Below the pieces are notes generated by a model. It was not told the DNA's origin. It worked only from the letters and a program-made list of their open reading frames with translations, and made no database searches. A stretch of 64,000 nucleotides of DNA, from contig JAMDHS010000021.1 of the NCBI GenBank assembly GCA_029717555.1, forward strand, positions 124,001 through 188,000. The letters are read 5' to 3'. This DNA comes from Peribolospora baueri (Eukaryota). Below, piece after piece: positions 63,216-64,000 of the stretch (position 1 is the first letter of the stretch; each line of letters begins with the position of its first letter). A program made the position numbers and the translations under genes.

Positions 63216-64000
63216 ATGGCCGCCTCCTCCTTCGCCCGCAACTCCTCCTCTGCGGGCGCAGGCCTCTCCGGTCGCGCCTCCTACCTCTCACCTCCCTCCG
63301 GCTCCGGACTGCCCTATGATCCCTACGCTCCCACACCCGCCTCTAACGCCCCGGACGGCCGCACTCGGGCGAGCAGCGCAGCTTTTGCATACCACGATCC
63401 CTTCGCCTCCCCTGACCCCCGACACCGAGGAAAGATCAGGCTGCCCATAGCCCCGCCGCCACGCATCCCCACCGACCTCTTCCTCGCGCTCCTCCTCGCC
63501 AAATCCATCCTCGCCAGCGCCATCATCGCAGCCAGGCAGTGGCTCTTTCGCCCCCGCCTCGTCGATCCCCTCTCCGTCACTTGCGCCTCGCTGTGGGTTG
63601 GCGCCGTCGGAATGGCGGTTTGGTATCGTGCGTGGGAGTGGCGGATCGTCAAGGTCAAGGTGTGCTCATGGTCCCGGAACGTCTGCTATCTCATCTGAGC
63701 CACCGACTGACCGCTCTCGAACATGGACCTGCCCCACTCTCCTATCTCTCTCCCTCCTTTCCTTCCCCTCGTCCCCATCACCCAGTGGGACCGCCTCGCG
63801 CCCCTCGCTTGCATCGTCTTTCTCCAATTCCTCTCCTTCTTCCTCGCCCTGTCCGAGCTGAGCGCGCTCAAGGTCGTCATTTTCACTCAGTTCTGCGAGA
63901 TCTGGGCGAACGATCTGGTCAGGAGTGTCAGAGGCAGGGTGGGTGCTTTGGTCTTGACCGCCTCGTCCTCCGTTTTCCCTTACACGCTTGCTCATTTTTC
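63216..64000 (+). CDS. Multi-pass membrane protein, 5' part only; possibly a Msc2/ZnT5-like cation-efflux (CDF) zinc transporter
   Basis: Two exons with hydrophobic helices (LLLAKSILASAII, LSVTCASLWVGAVG, IVFLQFLSFFLAL, KVVIFTQF); family guess rests on recalled N-terminal similarity only, and the diagnostic domain is outside the window. Confidence 0.45.

Noticed and set aside
62243..63319. 358-aa plus-strand ORF and the upstream extension of the ZIM17 ORF to 63101
   Set aside because: Arg/Pro-rich low-complexity translation of promoter and antisense DNA; the ZIM17 presequence starts convincingly at 62597
1..64000. CRISPR arrays, rRNA, intact transposase/retroelement ORFs, TPP riboswitch, U12-type introns
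   Set aside because: No repeat-spacer periodicity, rRNA signature, RT/integrase/transposase motif, TPP aptamer or RTATCCT donor was seen by eye; a covariance-model scan (Infernal/Rfam) would be needed to exclude divergent ncRNAs

Overview
This is a gene-dense, GC-rich, intron-rich eukaryotic window from a basidiomycete fungus. The GTGAG/GTGCG donors, CTGAC/CTAAC branch points, DUF6534 gene and micro-exons suggest a Tremellomycetes/Agaricomycotina-type yeast; the taxonomy is inferred. I reconstructed 22 spliced protein genes by hand: UBA3 (partial), ISC1, GOS1, an MBOAT_2 acyltransferase, a tandem-domain amidohydrolase, TTI1, a DUF6534 membrane protein, an O-methyltransferase, a TDA3-like FAD oxidoreductase, SNU114, calnexin, an E(z)/EZH2 methyltransferase, a USP12/46-CreB deubiquitinase, a beta-hydroxyacid dehydrogenase, ORC1, RNA15/CstF-64, prefoldin 1, ARP3, a Zn alcohol dehydrogenase, GRX5, ZIM17 and a partial membrane protein. 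There is also one tRNA-His(GTG). Most of the window is conserved housekeeping DNA, and I found no convincing wholly new biological system. The best second-look items are: an unusually animal/plant-like EZH2; a 10-bp motif shared by the EZH2 and ORC1 promoters; micro-exons of 4-14 nt, a GC-AG intron, a non-consensus donor and a possible recursive splice site; a tRNA gene sitting in the ISC1 promoter; and a possible Helitron-like/CpG-depleted relic between the DUF6534 and O-methyltransferase genes. Family assignments come from recognised motifs, not database searches.
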